Assembly: GCA_963717005.1 (NCBI GenBank)
Contig: OY970324.1
Span: 849,937-913,936 of the forward strand
Source: an uncultured delta proteobacterium
GTDB taxonomy: Bacteria > Desulfobacterota > Binatia > Binatales > Binataceae
DNA length: 64,000 nt
Direction: 5' to 3'
Part shown: in pieces, positions 1 to 10,030 of the stretch
How positions within the stretch are numbered: position 1 is the first letter of the stretch
Layout: every line of letters starts with the position of its first letter
Translations under genes and position numbers: made by a program
Notes under the pieces: model-generated
Databases searched by the model: none
The model's input: only the letters and a program-made list of their open reading frames with translations
What the model was told of the DNA's origin: nothing

Positions 1-27
1 TTTCCGGCGGCAAGTTACTCGGCCGGC

Positions 28-1857
28 GTGATGGCGGCAACGGCGGCGGTTGCCGCGATTCTCGCGCGCGGTCCGCGCGCAGCAGGGCAGGCGGTCGAGG
101 TCTCGCTTCTGGCCGGCGCTTTCTCGCTCCACACCGGCGGAATCCTGCGTCATGAAAAAATGACCGCGCTCTATCACGGGCCGCTGGATCCGCTCGGCCC
201 GATTCCGGTTTATCGCCTGTTCGAGGCCGCCGACGGCAAGTACCTGTTCGCGGCATGCGGTAACACAACCTTCTGGGGCAAGTTCGCGATTGCGATCGAG
301 CGTCCCGACCTGGTCGGCGACCCGCGCTTCGAAAATGCGCCGTGGGGAATCGCCGGTGAGCACTGGCAGCCGCTCAAAGACATCATCGAGCCGATCATCC
401 GCACCCGTCCGCGCGACGAGTGGCTCAGCATCCTGCGCGAGGCCGACGTTCCGTGCGCGCCGGTGATGACGCGCCATGAATTCATCGATCATCCGCAGAC
501 GCGCGCGCTCGGGATGCGTCAAGAGATTGACGATCCCACTCTCGGGCGCACCATTCAGATGGGCCTGCCGGTATTTCTCAACGACACTCCCGGCGAAATT
601 GGCGGGGCGGCTCCTGAAAAAGGCGACGAGCGCGCGGCGTTGCAGTGGCTTCGAGAGGCACCGCGCGCCACTTCTTTGAAAACAGATCTACGCGTCACTG
701 GAAAGCCGCCGCTCGACGGCGTCACCGTGCTCGACTTCGCCAGTTACATCGCGGGCTCATACGGCCCGATGATACTCGCGCAACTCGGCGCCAGGGTTAT
801 CAAGATCGAGAGCCTCGAGGGCGATTCGTTTCGCCATTTCGGTTTCGGTTTTCTCGGTTGGAATCAGGGCAAGCGCGGCGTCTCGCTCAATCTCGCGAGC
901 GCCGAAGGCCGCGAGATTATTCATGGGCTGGTGGACAAGGCCGACATCGTGGTCGAGAATCTGCGCCCGGGGCGGATGCGCAAATTCGGCTTCGACTACG
1001 AATCGCTGGCGGCGCGCAACCCGCGCATCATCTATATGTCGGTCAACGCGTTTGGAAATCGCGGGCCCGAGCACAACCAGCCCGGCTTCGACCCGCTGCT
1101 GCAGGCGCGCTCGGGCGTGATGGCGGCGCAGGGCGGCCATCACGGGCATCCGGTGTACCTGACCTGCGCGATTTGCGACTACGGCGCCGCGATGCTCTCC
1201 GCGCTTGGATGCGTCCTTGCGCTGCGGGCGCGCGAACTGACAGGCCGCGGGCAGTTCTGCGAAACCTCGCTGTTGCAATCCGCGATGGCGTTCCAGGCCG
1301 GCGAGTTCGCCTTCTATCCGGGCCGGCCCGACATGGAAAATGGCAGTCCTGAGAATCGCGGCCGCTCGGCTCTCTCGCGCGCGTACAGTTGCCGCGACGG
1401 CGAATGGCTATTCATCTCACTATCCAGCGAACCTCAGTGGAACATGCTACTGACTATTCTGCCAGGCTTGCCGAATAGCAACTGGGATTCTGCTGCAGCG
1501 GCGCCGAACGAGGGCTCGCTCGCGGCGGCGCTCTCGGAGCAATTCGCCAGGCTCGATCGCGACCAGGCACTCGCGATGCTGAAGAAATCCGCAATCCCGG
1601 CTACCCGGATTAATCACTCGCGCGAGTTATTCGACGATCCACAGGTCCTCGCGAACGACTTGATCGCCGACTTGCCTCATTCGCAATGGGGTCGCGTGCA
1701 GCAGACCGGAATGCTGACGAAGTTCTCCGCGACCCCCGGCACCATCGACCGCGCGGCGCCAATGCTGGGCGAGCACACCGACGAAATCCTGCGCGAGTAC
1801 CTGGGCTACTCGAACGACCGAATCGCCGGTCTGCGCGCCGCCGGCATCGTCAAGTGA
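28..1857 (+). CDS. CoA-transferase family III (CaiB/BaiF-like) protein with two tandem transferase domains; may begin upstream of window
   Basis: Second half (from VTVLDFASYIAGSYGPMILAQLGARVIKIE, GFDPLLQARSGVM) matches a complete family III CoA-transferase. First 200 aa resemble the C-terminal half of another such domain. Open frame continues to window edge. Confidence 0.65.
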   Translation: MMAATAAVAAILARGPRAAGQAVEVSLLAGAFSLHTGGILRHEKMTALYHGPLDPLGPIPVYRLFEAADGKYLFAACGNTTFWGKFAIAIERPDLVGDPRFENAPWGIAGEHWQPLKDIIEPIIRTRPRDEWLSILREADVPCAPVMTRHEFIDHPQTRALGMRQEIDDPTLGRTIQMGLPVFLNDTPGEIGGAAPEKGDERAALQWLREAPRATSLKTDLRVTGKPPLDGVTVLDFASYIAGSYGPMILAQLGARVIKIESLEGDSFRHFGFGFLGWNQGKRGVSLNLASAEGREIIHGLVDKADIVVENLRPGRMRKFGFDYESLAARNPRIIYMSVNAFGNRGPEHNQPGFDPLLQARSGVMAAQGGHHGHPVYLTCAICDYGAAMLSALGCVLALRARELTGRGQFCETSLLQSAMAFQAGEFAFYPGRPDMENGSPENRGRSALSRAYSCRDGEWLFISLSSEPQWNMLLTILPGLPNSNWDSAAAAPNEGSLAAALSEQFARLDRDQALAMLKKSAIPATRINHSRELFDDPQVLANDLIADLPHSQWGRVQQTGMLTKFSATPGTIDRAAPMLGEHTDEILREYLGYSNDRIAGLRAAGIVK

Positions 1858-1860
1858 TCG

Positions 1861-2424
1861 ATGGATCCTGAGGCGGCCGCCGTCATCACACCGCATCTGC
1901 TCGCGCGCGAGAACCTCCTATGGTGCGGACGTCCGCACGACACCACCGCTCTGCGATGGCGCGCCGGCGTGATCGTGATCGTCGGCGCTGCCGCACTCGT
2001 GCTGCGGTCGTTGCCGCTCGACTCAAGTCTGGCCGAGCGCGCGAACTTCAATTCGATCCTGCTGGCGGTGTTGGTTTGCGGGTTGATCGCGGAAGCAATC
2101 GTCTTCCACGCCTACCTGTCGAACACGTTTTACGGCGTCACCAATCAGCGCGTAATCATCGTCTCGGGCCTGCGCGAACCGGAGGCAGTCGGCGTTTTGC
2201 TCGACCGCCTGAACACTCCGCAACTCCGCGTCCAGCGCATCCACCGCCACATCGAACTGCGCGCGCCCACTCAGCAGATCTTCCAGACGAACTATGTGCC
2301 GTTCACCAACCCCTCCGTCCCGCCCGACTGGTCCGGCGGGCCCGAATGCTACCGGCTGCTCGCGCTTGAAGAACCACTCCGCGTCCGCGACTTGATAATA
2401 GAATCGGCGCACAAACTCGAATAG
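1861..2424 (+). CDS. membrane protein, possibly bacterial PH-domain (bPH_2/YdbS-like)
   Basis: Two predicted TM helices followed by GVTNQRVIIV-type motif; weak family assignment. Confidence 0.3.
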   Translation: MDPEAAAVITPHLLARENLLWCGRPHDTTALRWRAGVIVIVGAAALVLRSLPLDSSLAERANFNSILLAVLVCGLIAEAIVFHAYLSNTFYGVTNQRVIIVSGLREPEAVGVLLDRLNTPQLRVQRIHRHIELRAPTQQIFQTNYVPFTNPSVPPDWSGGPECYRLLALEEPLRVRDLIIESAHKLE

Positions 2425-2440
2425 TCAGTCGGAATCCGCG

Positions 2441-3538
2441 CTATACTATTCGCAAATAGTCCGGCGACGGCAGCGGCGGAAATTTTGCCGACGGCGGAGT
2501 CTGATACCAGTACGCGACGGACGCGATGTCGTCTTGCAACGGCAGGAACTCGGCGCCCTTGCGCGGATCGCCCAGCCATCCGAGCGCCTGGATCGTCACT
2601 CGCAGATCGCGCTTGAACCGGATCGGGTCCGCGATATGCCAGCGGTACATTCCGAATCTCTGCTGCGACGCGTAGAGCCCGTCGGGCCGAATCACCTGCG
2701 GTAATCCAGCGTAGGGCGTCGTGAACTCGCGATAGCCGCCGTTTTCCTTGCCCACGTCGAAATTGTACGAGCCGCAGAAATAATCCTCGGTGCCGGTGCC
2801 GCAGATGGTCGGAAACTCGGCGTCGCCGTCGATGAAAAACTTTATCTCGCCCTCGCCCCACCATCCGCTGTTGTGGACGCCCCACGCCATGTAGGTCCCG
2901 ACGTATTGCCCGCGCCCGTCGATTCCATCGACGATCGTGTACACCTCCTTGTATGGCAGCGGATTCACGCGGCGGAACTGCGCATGGAAGTAGGCGGCCT
3001 CAGTAGGTACTTCAGTGAGTACATAGTTGATTTGGTAGAATAGTATCATCGCGGTGTCCGCGGTGTTGGTCATAGTAATCAGACAGCGCTTGCGAAATGG
3101 CATTTCCCAATAGCAATTGAACGCGCTGCCCGGATTCACGCATACCGCCAGCGACGACACCGGCGCATACCGGTTCCATCCGCAGGCGAAAAAATCGCCG
3201 ACCGGGCATTCCACCGACGCCGCCGGCGACCCATCCCAGTAAATTCTCAGGATGCTCGAGCGCCACGGCCCCGTCGGCGTCATCCAGATTTGCGCGATCG
3301 CGCCCGCACCCGCGATATCGGCCAGCACTTTTACCTCACCCGGCTCGATCACAACGTACGGCGCGACCTTCCATCCACGGCCCAGCTTGCGCGCCGGACT
3401 CTTGACCGGGTCGGGCGTCGCCATCGCGCCCTTGCCCTTTTCGCCGGTCGGATTTTCGGGACATATCGATCGGCTCTCCGCATCGGAAAGAATCGCAAGA
3501 TTTCCCATGTGCATGCCGAGTCCGTTGAACGATGCCAT
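2441..3538 (-). CDS. DUF2961 / glycoside hydrolase family 172-like protein
   Basis: 365 aa; CGTGTEDYFCGSYNF motif and overall pattern recalled from DUF2961 proteins. Confidence 0.5.
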   Translation of the reverse strand: MASFNGLGMHMGNLAILSDAESRSICPENPTGEKGKGAMATPDPVKSPARKLGRGWKVAPYVVIEPGEVKVLADIAGAGAIAQIWMTPTGPWRSSILRIYWDGSPAASVECPVGDFFACGWNRYAPVSSLAVCVNPGSAFNCYWEMPFRKRCLITMTNTADTAMILFYQINYVLTEVPTEAAYFHAQFRRVNPLPYKEVYTIVDGIDGRGQYVGTYMAWGVHNSGWWGEGEIKFFIDGDAEFPTICGTGTEDYFCGSYNFDVGKENGGYREFTTPYAGLPQVIRPDGLYASQQRFGMYRWHIADPIRFKRDLRVTIQALGWLGDPRKGAEFLPLQDDIASVAYWYQTPPSAKFPPLPSPDYLRIV

Positions 3539-3617
3539 CGCGTGCGCCTCCTCGTGACGAGCCGCGCAATTCTAGTCAGGTCTCGTCGCGATGCGGAAGG
3601 ATTCGGCGATCGCGCGT

Positions 3618-4580
3618 TTAGAGTTCGAGATCGACCGTCACGAAATCGTGATCGGAGACTCGCCGTAACAGAATCGAAGACCGCGGCGTGACCACCGCCG
3701 CCGTGCCCGCGACCGCACGCGCCTCGCGGATTGCGAGCCAGTCGAGTTTCGGCCTCATCGATCGCGGAATCAGTCCGGTGAAAGTGAAGGTCGGCCGATT
3801 CGCAACATTGACGGCGTCAATCTCGAGCCCACGCTCTCGCAGATGATCGAACAACGGCTCGTAGGCCTGTGGCGCGCGGAACCGGGCCGGATTCGCGATC
3901 ATCTGCCGCGCCGTTCCCAGCAGCCGCGGCCAGCTCGTCAGCTCGGTGGTGGTGGTATTCAAATCGCCTCCGAAGACGGAGCGGCCCGCCGCCGGGAACG
4001 ACTCCAGGTAGGTCGCCATCTGCCGCGCGCGCTCGGCCGGGACGCATCGGCTGTGCAGATGCGCGAGGCCAACCGTCAATTCCCGGCCGCCGAATTTCAC
4101 TCTCGAGATGATTCCCGTTGGCGTGCCGACCCGCGACCAGTGCCGCCGGCTCCGGCTGCTCAACCTGCGCGGGGTTTGCGGATTGTGCATCGGCACCGCG
4201 ACCACGTCGTCGAACGGCGCCGCGCTCAGAATCGCGTTGCCCATGTACCCGACGGTTTCCTCGCGCGGATTCGTCACGCCGAACTCCCGCACGTACGCGC
4301 AACTCATGCCGAGCATCGCGGCCATTTCCACCGCAACGTCGCGGCCCGCCGACGGCCTCGTTCCGGCATTGACCTCGCATAGCAGGATCACATCGGCATC
4401 GCGCAGCGCCGGACGCTGCAGGCATTTCACGATTTCGCGGAACTTCCTCCCGCCGGCCGCGTTGAGCAGCACCACTCGCACTCGCGATCCCGGCGGGCGC
4501 GCCGCGCGATTCACGACGATTGGCGGAAACGGCGGCGTCAGCTTTGCCTCAGCCGCAGTGAGGTCGCGCGCGCGGTCCAT
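3618..4580 (-). CDS. endonuclease/exonuclease/phosphatase (EEP) family protein
   Basis: 320 aa; LCEVN ... GGDLNTT ... SDHDFVTVDLEL motifs typical of EEP fold. Confidence 0.5.
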   Translation of the reverse strand: MDRARDLTAAEAKLTPPFPPIVVNRAARPPGSRVRVVLLNAAGGRKFREIVKCLQRPALRDADVILLCEVNAGTRPSAGRDVAVEMAAMLGMSCAYVREFGVTNPREETVGYMGNAILSAAPFDDVVAVPMHNPQTPRRLSSRSRRHWSRVGTPTGIISRVKFGGRELTVGLAHLHSRCVPAERARQMATYLESFPAAGRSVFGGDLNTTTTELTSWPRLLGTARQMIANPARFRAPQAYEPLFDHLRERGLEIDAVNVANRPTFTFTGLIPRSMRPKLDWLAIREARAVAGTAAVVTPRSSILLRRVSDHDFVTVDLEL

Positions 4581-4589
4581 CGTCCGGAG

Positions 4590-6677
4590 CTAGTCGGCCA
4601 ACTCCTTCTGAAGATCCTTGAACGTCGTAATCGGCGCCGTGCAGGTATGCTCGCGGCATACGTATGCGGTGGCATGGCCGTCGATTTGCCGCTTGTCGCG
4701 CACCTGCTCGGGGATGAACCCGGCTTGCGCGTCGGCCGCATCGGCCACAAAGATCGCGAGATTCGGAACGTAGATTAGGCCAAGCCGCTCAATCCATTCG
4801 CGCAGCTCGGGCGCATTGCGGCTGCCCACGATCACAACCTCAGTCGGCCCGCGCTGATAAAGGTCCACCGCTTCGAGCATGTGCGAGAACCCGAACGGCT
4901 GCTTCTCGATAAATTCGCGAAACAACTTCAGCGTTCGCTCCGCCTCGACGCGGTAGCGCTCGTCGCCGGTGTAGCCGTGCAGCCGCAGCAGCGCCATCGC
5001 GGCCGCGCTGTTGCCCGACGGCGTCGATCCGTCGAACGCCGCCTTCGATCGCATGATCAGCGCTTCGTGATCGTTCGAGGTGAAATAGAACCCGCCCTTT
5101 TCCTGGTCGATAAACCGCTCAAGGATCACATCGGCCAGCGTCCGCGCATGCGCCAGGTATCTCGCGTCGAGCGACGCCTCGTACAGGTCGAGCATCGCGC
5201 CCGCCAACTGCGCGTAGTCCTCGAGGTAGGCGTTGTGCCGCGCGACGCCGTCCTTGAACGAGCGGCGGAGCGCGCGCCCGTCCCAAATCGTCGTCATCAT
5301 GAAATCCGCCGCCCGCACCGCCGCTTCGAGATAGCGCCGCTCATGCAGCGCGCGATATCCCTCGGCGAATGCGCCGATCATCATCGCGTTCCACGCTACC
5401 AGGATCTTTTCATCGCGGCCCGGCTTCACCCTTTGTTCGCGCGCCGCGAAGAGCTTGCCGCGAATCTCGCGAACCTTCGCCGCCATCTCGTCTTCCGGCA
5501 ACTTGAACATCCGCGCGGCGTCCGCCAGCTCGATCGTGCGATGCGGAATATTCGCATCCTCGAAATTTCCTTCGATCGAGATGTCGAAATAGCGCTCGGC
5601 GATTGCGCCCAGCTCTGGCCCAACGACGGCATCGACCTGCTCGGGCGTCCAGACGAAGAACTTTCCTTCGACACCCTCACTGTCCGCGTCCTGCGCCGCG
5701 TAGAAACCGCCCTCGGGGCTCGTCATCTCGCGCAATACGTACTCGAAAATTTCGCGCGCGACGCCCAGGAACTCCGGCTCGTTCAGCGCGCGGCCGGCGT
5801 CGAGATAGAGCCGCGCCAACAGCGCGTTGTCGTAGAGCATTTTCTCGAAATGCGGCACCAGCCATCGCTCATCGACGCTGTAGCGATGGAATCCGCCGCC
5901 AATCTGATCGTAGATTCCGCCGCGCACCATCTTCGACAACGTGTGCCGAACCATCTCGGCCATCGACGCGTCGCCGTCGGCCGCGTGCACGCGAAGAAAC
6001 AGCGAGAACACGAACGTGTTGGGAAACTTCGGCGCCTGCCCCAGCCCGCCGTTGATACTGTCGTAGTGCGACGCCAGCGCCCGCGCCGACTCCGTCGCCA
6101 GCTCCGGCTTCAAGTCGCCGCCGGTCGGCACGTAGTTGCTAATCGCCCCGAGCGCCTCGGTCAGCTTCTCGAGATTGTTGGTGACTTCCTTCGCCTTGTC
6201 GCGATAGGCCTGCGATACCGCCGCCAGGATTCGCGGGAAGCCCGGCATCCCATTCCGATCCTCGGGCGGATAGTACGTCCCGCCAAAAAACGGCCGACCG
6301 TCCGGCGCCAGGAACATCGTCAACGGCCATCCGCCGCGCCCGGTGATCAACTGCACCGCGTCCATGTATATCTGATCGAGGTCGGGCCGCTCTTCGCGAT
6401 CCACCTTGATCGGAATGAAGTTCTCGTTGATCATCCGCGCGATCGCGTCGTTCTCGAACGACTCGCGCTCCATCACGTGGCACCAATGACAGGCCGAGTA
6501 GCCAATCGACAGCATGATCGGCTTGTTCTCCGTCCGCGCGCGCGCGAGCGCATCCGGCCCCCACGCGTACCAATCGACCGGGTTGTACGCATGCTGGCGC
6601 AGGTACGGGCTTTGTTCGTTGATTAACCGATTCGGCTTGCGGCCGACGTGACTTTCGGGATTTTTCGCCTGGCTCAT
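4590..6677 (-). CDS. thioredoxin-domain protein, YyaL/DUF255 family (N-terminal thioredoxin fold plus six-hairpin glycosidase-like domain)
   Basis: N-terminus [43 protein letters not shown] is the DUF255 signature. Start moved to the MSQAKN ATG at 6677; the 79-aa upstream extension in the ORF track is basic and low complexity. Confidence 0.75.
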   Translation of the reverse strand: MSQAKNPESHVGRKPNRLINEQSPYLRQHAYNPVDWYAWGPDALARARTENKPIMLSIGYSACHWCHVMERESFENDAIARMINENFIPIKVDREERPDLDQIYMDAVQLITGRGGWPLTMFLAPDGRPFFGGTYYPPEDRNGMPGFPRILAAVSQAYRDKAKEVTNNLEKLTEALGAISNYVPTGGDLKPELATESARALASHYDSINGGLGQAPKFPNTFVFSLFLRVHAADGDASMAEMVRHTLSKMVRGGIYDQIGGGFHRYSVDERWLVPHFEKMLYDNALLARLYLDAGRALNEPEFLGVAREIFEYVLREMTSPEGGFYAAQDADSEGVEGKFFVWTPEQVDAVVGPELGAIAERYFDISIEGNFEDANIPHRTIELADAARMFKLPEDEMAAKVREIRGKLFAAREQRVKPGRDEKILVAWNAMMIGAFAEGYRALHERRYLEAAVRAADFMMTTIWDGRALRRSFKDGVARHNAYLEDYAQLAGAMLDLYEASLDARYLAHARTLADVILERFIDQEKGGFYFTSNDHEALIMRSKAAFDGSTPSGNSAAAMALLRLHGYTGDERYRVEAERTLKLFREFIEKQPFGFSHMLEAVDLYQRGPTEVVIVGSRNAPELREWIERLGLIYVPNLAIFVADAADAQAGFIPEQVRDKRQIDGHATAYVCREHTCTAPITTFKDLQKELAD

Positions 6678-6774
6678 GAATCTCGTATCATAGTATCTGC
6701 CTCCCGACGCTCTGTCATTCCGGTCGCGCCGCCGTATGGCAGAGCGATGAGCGCGCCAGTTACAATTCGCTCCT

Positions 6775-8463
6775 ATGCGATTTCGACTGCGCGCCGGATG
6801 CGTCCTGATACTCGCCGCGATTCTTTTCTTCGCACGCCTCGGTGCGCGAGCGCTGTGGTCCTCGGAATTTCGATGGGCCGAAATCGCGCGAGAGATGCTG
6901 GTGACGCACAACTACTTCTGGCCGACGATCAATGGCCACGTCTATTACGATAAACCGCTCGGCTCTTACTGGCTGGTAATTTTCTCGACCCCATTCACAG
7001 GCGGCCTCAACGAGGCTGCTACGCGATTGCCCAGCGCCGTCGCGGGACTGCTCGCAGTGCTGCTGCTCATGCTTGTCGTGCGACGCCTCTACGACGCTCG
7101 CACCGCGATGCTCGCCGGCGTCATCCTCGCGACCAGCTTCAGCTTCGTATTCTTTTCGCGCGACGCCAGCGCCAACGTCGAAACCATCACCGGCGAGCTC
7201 GCCGCACTCTTGCTCTTCAATCGCAGCGAGGATCGTGGCTGCGGAATCTGGGTCGTCGGTCTGTGGTTGATCATGGCTGCGACTTCGCTCACCAAGGGCC
7301 TGCTCGGATTCGCGCTGCCGCTATTGGTGATTGGCGCATATTCATGCCTGCGCGACGGCTGGTCGCAACTGTTTCAGGAAATTCTCCACGGCTCGGTGGC
7401 TGACCGCGCAGGAAAGTTCATCGAACGCAATCGATGGTTCTTCAACTGGTACACCGTCGCCGGCATCGCGCTCGGCGGCTTCGTGTACTACCTGCCGTTT
7501 GAAATCTCGGCGCGCACGATGGGCACGCAAAAGGGTCTCGCGATGGTCTATCGCGAAAACGTCGTCCGCTTTTTCCATCCGTTCGACCATCGCGGACCGA
7601 TCTATTTGTATGTGTACGTCATCTTCGGCCTGATGGCGCCGTGGTCGGCGCTGTTGCCCGCGGCCCTTGTCGAAACCCATAGCCTCCGCACCGCCGACGC
7701 CGAGCCCGCCCGCGCCGATCGATTCACGCTGGTCTATTTCTGGGCGACCTTTATATTTTTCACGCTCTCGGGCTCGCGCCGCAGCTATTACATCCTACCG
7801 ATTCTGCCCGCCGCCGCGATCCTGGTCGCGCGAACCCTCGCCTACCCCGGCGAGCTACGCTCGATCCTCGCCCGCCGGCTGCTGACGGCCGGCTATGCGG
7901 TCGTCGCGTTCGCCGCGGTCGCCGGCATCGTCTTGCTGATTCCGGCCTGGGCGATTCTGCCGAGCCCCTACGACGCGTTCCCGGCCTTGCCCGCCAGATT
8001 CCCCTTCATTGTAATCTGGGTCGCATCGGTCGGCGCCGTCATCTTCGCGATTCGCAAATTCAACCCATATCGCATCGCAATTTCGATGGGCGTGATCGCG
8101 TATCTGGTGATGACCTACATATATATCTTCGCGATGCCCGCGGCGGAGGCATACCGTGGCGAAAAGCCATTCGGCTACGCGGTGTTGAACAAACTCGGCG
8201 GTTCGACCGACCACCTCGTCCTGTTCAAGACGGAAGGACCGCTGTTCTATCTGAATCCGCCGCGGCCGTTGCCCGAGTTCGACGATGAGCAGGATTTGCA
8301 GGACGCCATCGCCAGCGGTGGCGCAAAATGGATGATCGTCCGCCGCCGCGACATGCCCAGGCTCGACACTCCGACCACTATCGAGCTCAGCGAAGCGTCA
8401 TATCCATGGGAGACCGACTCCAACTATCGAAACAAAGTGGTGTTGGTGAGGATTGGCAATTGA
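6775..8463 (+). CDS. glycosyltransferase family 39 (ArnT/PMT-like) polytopic membrane protein
   Basis: 562 aa, more than 10 predicted TM helices; N-terminal region resembles 4-amino-arabinose / mannosyl transferase family. Confidence 0.55.
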   Translation: MRFRLRAGCVLILAAILFFARLGARALWSSEFRWAEIAREMLVTHNYFWPTINGHVYYDKPLGSYWLVIFSTPFTGGLNEAATRLPSAVAGLLAVLLLMLVVRRLYDARTAMLAGVILATSFSFVFFSRDASANVETITGELAALLLFNRSEDRGCGIWVVGLWLIMAATSLTKGLLGFALPLLVIGAYSCLRDGWSQLFQEILHGSVADRAGKFIERNRWFFNWYTVAGIALGGFVYYLPFEISARTMGTQKGLAMVYRENVVRFFHPFDHRGPIYLYVYVIFGLMAPWSALLPAALVETHSLRTADAEPARADRFTLVYFWATFIFFTLSGSRRSYYILPILPAAAILVARTLAYPGELRSILARRLLTAGYAVVAFAAVAGIVLLIPAWAILPSPYDAFPALPARFPFIVIWVASVGAVIFAIRKFNPYRIAISMGVIAYLVMTYIYIFAMPAAEAYRGEKPFGYAVLNKLGGSTDHLVLFKTEGPLFYLNPPRPLPEFDDEQDLQDAIASGGAKWMIVRRRDMPRLDTPTTIELSEASYPWETDSNYRNKVVLVRIGN

Positions 8464-8506
8464 CAGCAAATCCGGGATTCTTCGCTGCGCTCTGAATGAC
8501 ACCAAA

Positions 8507-8629
8507 AACCTGAGAGCAAAATGGTGGCCTCGCCATTTTGCGATTAGTACTGGGTGCAGGGGTCACCCCAGGGGTCACCCCTGCCGCGGAAGCGCGAAAC
8601 CCGCGAAGGGTTTCACATTTGAATAAGTG
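8507..8629 (+). repeat. composite interspersed repeat, modules D-A-B-C (B half duplicated)
   Basis: aacctgagagcaaaatgg..cgccattttgcgatt hairpin (A), gggtgcaggggtcacccctgcc palindrome (B), cgaaacccgcgaagggtttcac hairpin (C), preceded 8470-8505 by ttcgctgcgctctgaatgaca module D. Homologous copies at 29687, 39586, 42486, 44369, 49266. Confidence 0.7.
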
Positions 8630-8646
8630 GATTCTGTCGGCGCGCC

Positions 8647-9789
8647 CTACAGACGCATCGGCATGACGACGTACGTGTACTGCGCATCCGACTCCGTCCG
8701 AATCACGCCGGGGCTCACGTCGTCGCTGAGTCCAAGCTCGACCGTCGAGTCCGCGCCTTGCGGAATCACCCCGAGCACCTGCTGCACGTACGACGCGTTG
8801 AATCCGATCGCGAATTCTTCGCTCTTGAAATCCACGTCGAGCGATTCGCTTGCTTCTCCAGTTTCCGGGCTGGTCGATGAAACCGTCAGCGTTCCGGCCG
8901 ACAGCGCGAATTTCACGCCGTGGTATCGTTCGCTCGAGAAAATCGCCGCGCGCTTGATTGCCGCGAACAGCAGATCGCGCTTGACCGTTATCTTGTACTT
9001 CGATTGCTTCGGGATGACGCCGCGGTAGTCGGGAAATTCGCCCTCGACCAGCCGCATCGAGACTTCCGTCGCCCCACGCTTCAGGTAGGCGAGCTGGCCT
9101 TCGAGACTGAGCCGCACTTCGGACTCACCGCCGACATCCAGAATCTTGCGCAGCTCCGCGAGCCCCTTTCGCGGAATGATCGCGCCGCTCGTCATCGTGA
9201 ATCCCGGCACTTCGCGCTCGATCATCGCGAGCCGATGCCCGTCGGTCGCGACCATCCGCACCGCTCCGGGAGCGTTCGACTCGACAAACACGCCGCTCAG
9301 GTTGTAACGAGCTTCATCGGGACTGACTGCGAATATGGTTTTGTCGATCATCCTGGCCAGCACGTCCGCAGGAATCGCCAGTTCGGCCTTGAGTTGCTTC
9401 TTCGCGGCGCCCGCGTCCTTGCCCGTGCTCTGACTCGGCATTGCGGGAAAACTGCGCGGATCGAGTCCCATCATTTTGAATTTCGCGCGGCCGCATTTCA
9501 GCTCGACCCAATCGCCATCGAGCGTCGTCAGCGCGACTTCGTCGCCCTCGGTCTCGCGCACTATTTCAAACAGCTTGCGCGCGTTGAGGGTCAGACTTTT
9601 TTCTTTGCCGGAACACGCCACCTGAGTGCGGATTCCGACTTCGAGGTCAGTGGCGCTGAGCGTCAGCGCGTTTCCGTTTGGTTCGATTAGAACATGGCCG
9701 AGGATCGGAACCGTAGTGCGCCGTTCCACGATGCCCTGCACCAGTCCCAAACCGCTCAGCAGCGATGCGCGCTCGATTGCGAGTCCCAT
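8647..9789 (-). CDS. dnaN: DNA polymerase III beta sliding clamp
   Basis: 380 aa; N-terminus and overall three-domain length typical; immediately downstream of dnaA. Confidence 0.9.
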   Translation of the reverse strand: MGLAIERASLLSGLGLVQGIVERRTTVPILGHVLIEPNGNALTLSATDLEVGIRTQVACSGKEKSLTLNARKLFEIVRETEGDEVALTTLDGDWVELKCGRAKFKMMGLDPRSFPAMPSQSTGKDAGAAKKQLKAELAIPADVLARMIDKTIFAVSPDEARYNLSGVFVESNAPGAVRMVATDGHRLAMIEREVPGFTMTSGAIIPRKGLAELRKILDVGGESEVRLSLEGQLAYLKRGATEVSMRLVEGEFPDYRGVIPKQSKYKITVKRDLLFAAIKRAAIFSSERYHGVKFALSAGTLTVSSTSPETGEASESLDVDFKSEEFAIGFNASYVQQVLGVIPQGADSTVELGLSDDVSPGVIRTESDAQYTYVVMPMRL

Positions 9790-10030
9790 GAATTGTTAGC
9801 CCGTCTTCCTATTCCGGATCTTTAGATCTCTAAAAAAGAATAGCAGTAATAGTAGGAGTTGTGGATTTGTGGATTGATCTTGCAAACGCCCGAAAACCAA
9901 GGCTGATCGACCGCTGAAAAGTTGTCGGTGGAAACGCGGCTACTCGACAGGGCCGGCCGTGCTCGCACCGGCCCTGTCGATAGCTCCAACCTTATGCGCA
10001 CCTCGTCCACAGCCTCCTCCACATCGATTC
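9790..10030. other. AT-rich dnaA-dnaN intergenic region with tandem DnaA-box-like TGTGGATTT TGTGGATTG and a 13-bp-stem hairpin (9944-9980); possible second oriC module
   Basis: ctaaaaaagaatagcagtaatagtaggagttgtggatttgtggattgatc is strongly AT-rich against a GC-rich background. Box-like 9-mers 7-8/9 match to TGTGGATAA. Confidence 0.4.

Noticed and set aside
4881-6626. 581-aa plus-strand ORF
   Set aside because: Antisense to the well-supported YyaL-like gene; Arg/Pro/His-rich low-complexity translation typical of the wrong strand of GC-rich DNA.
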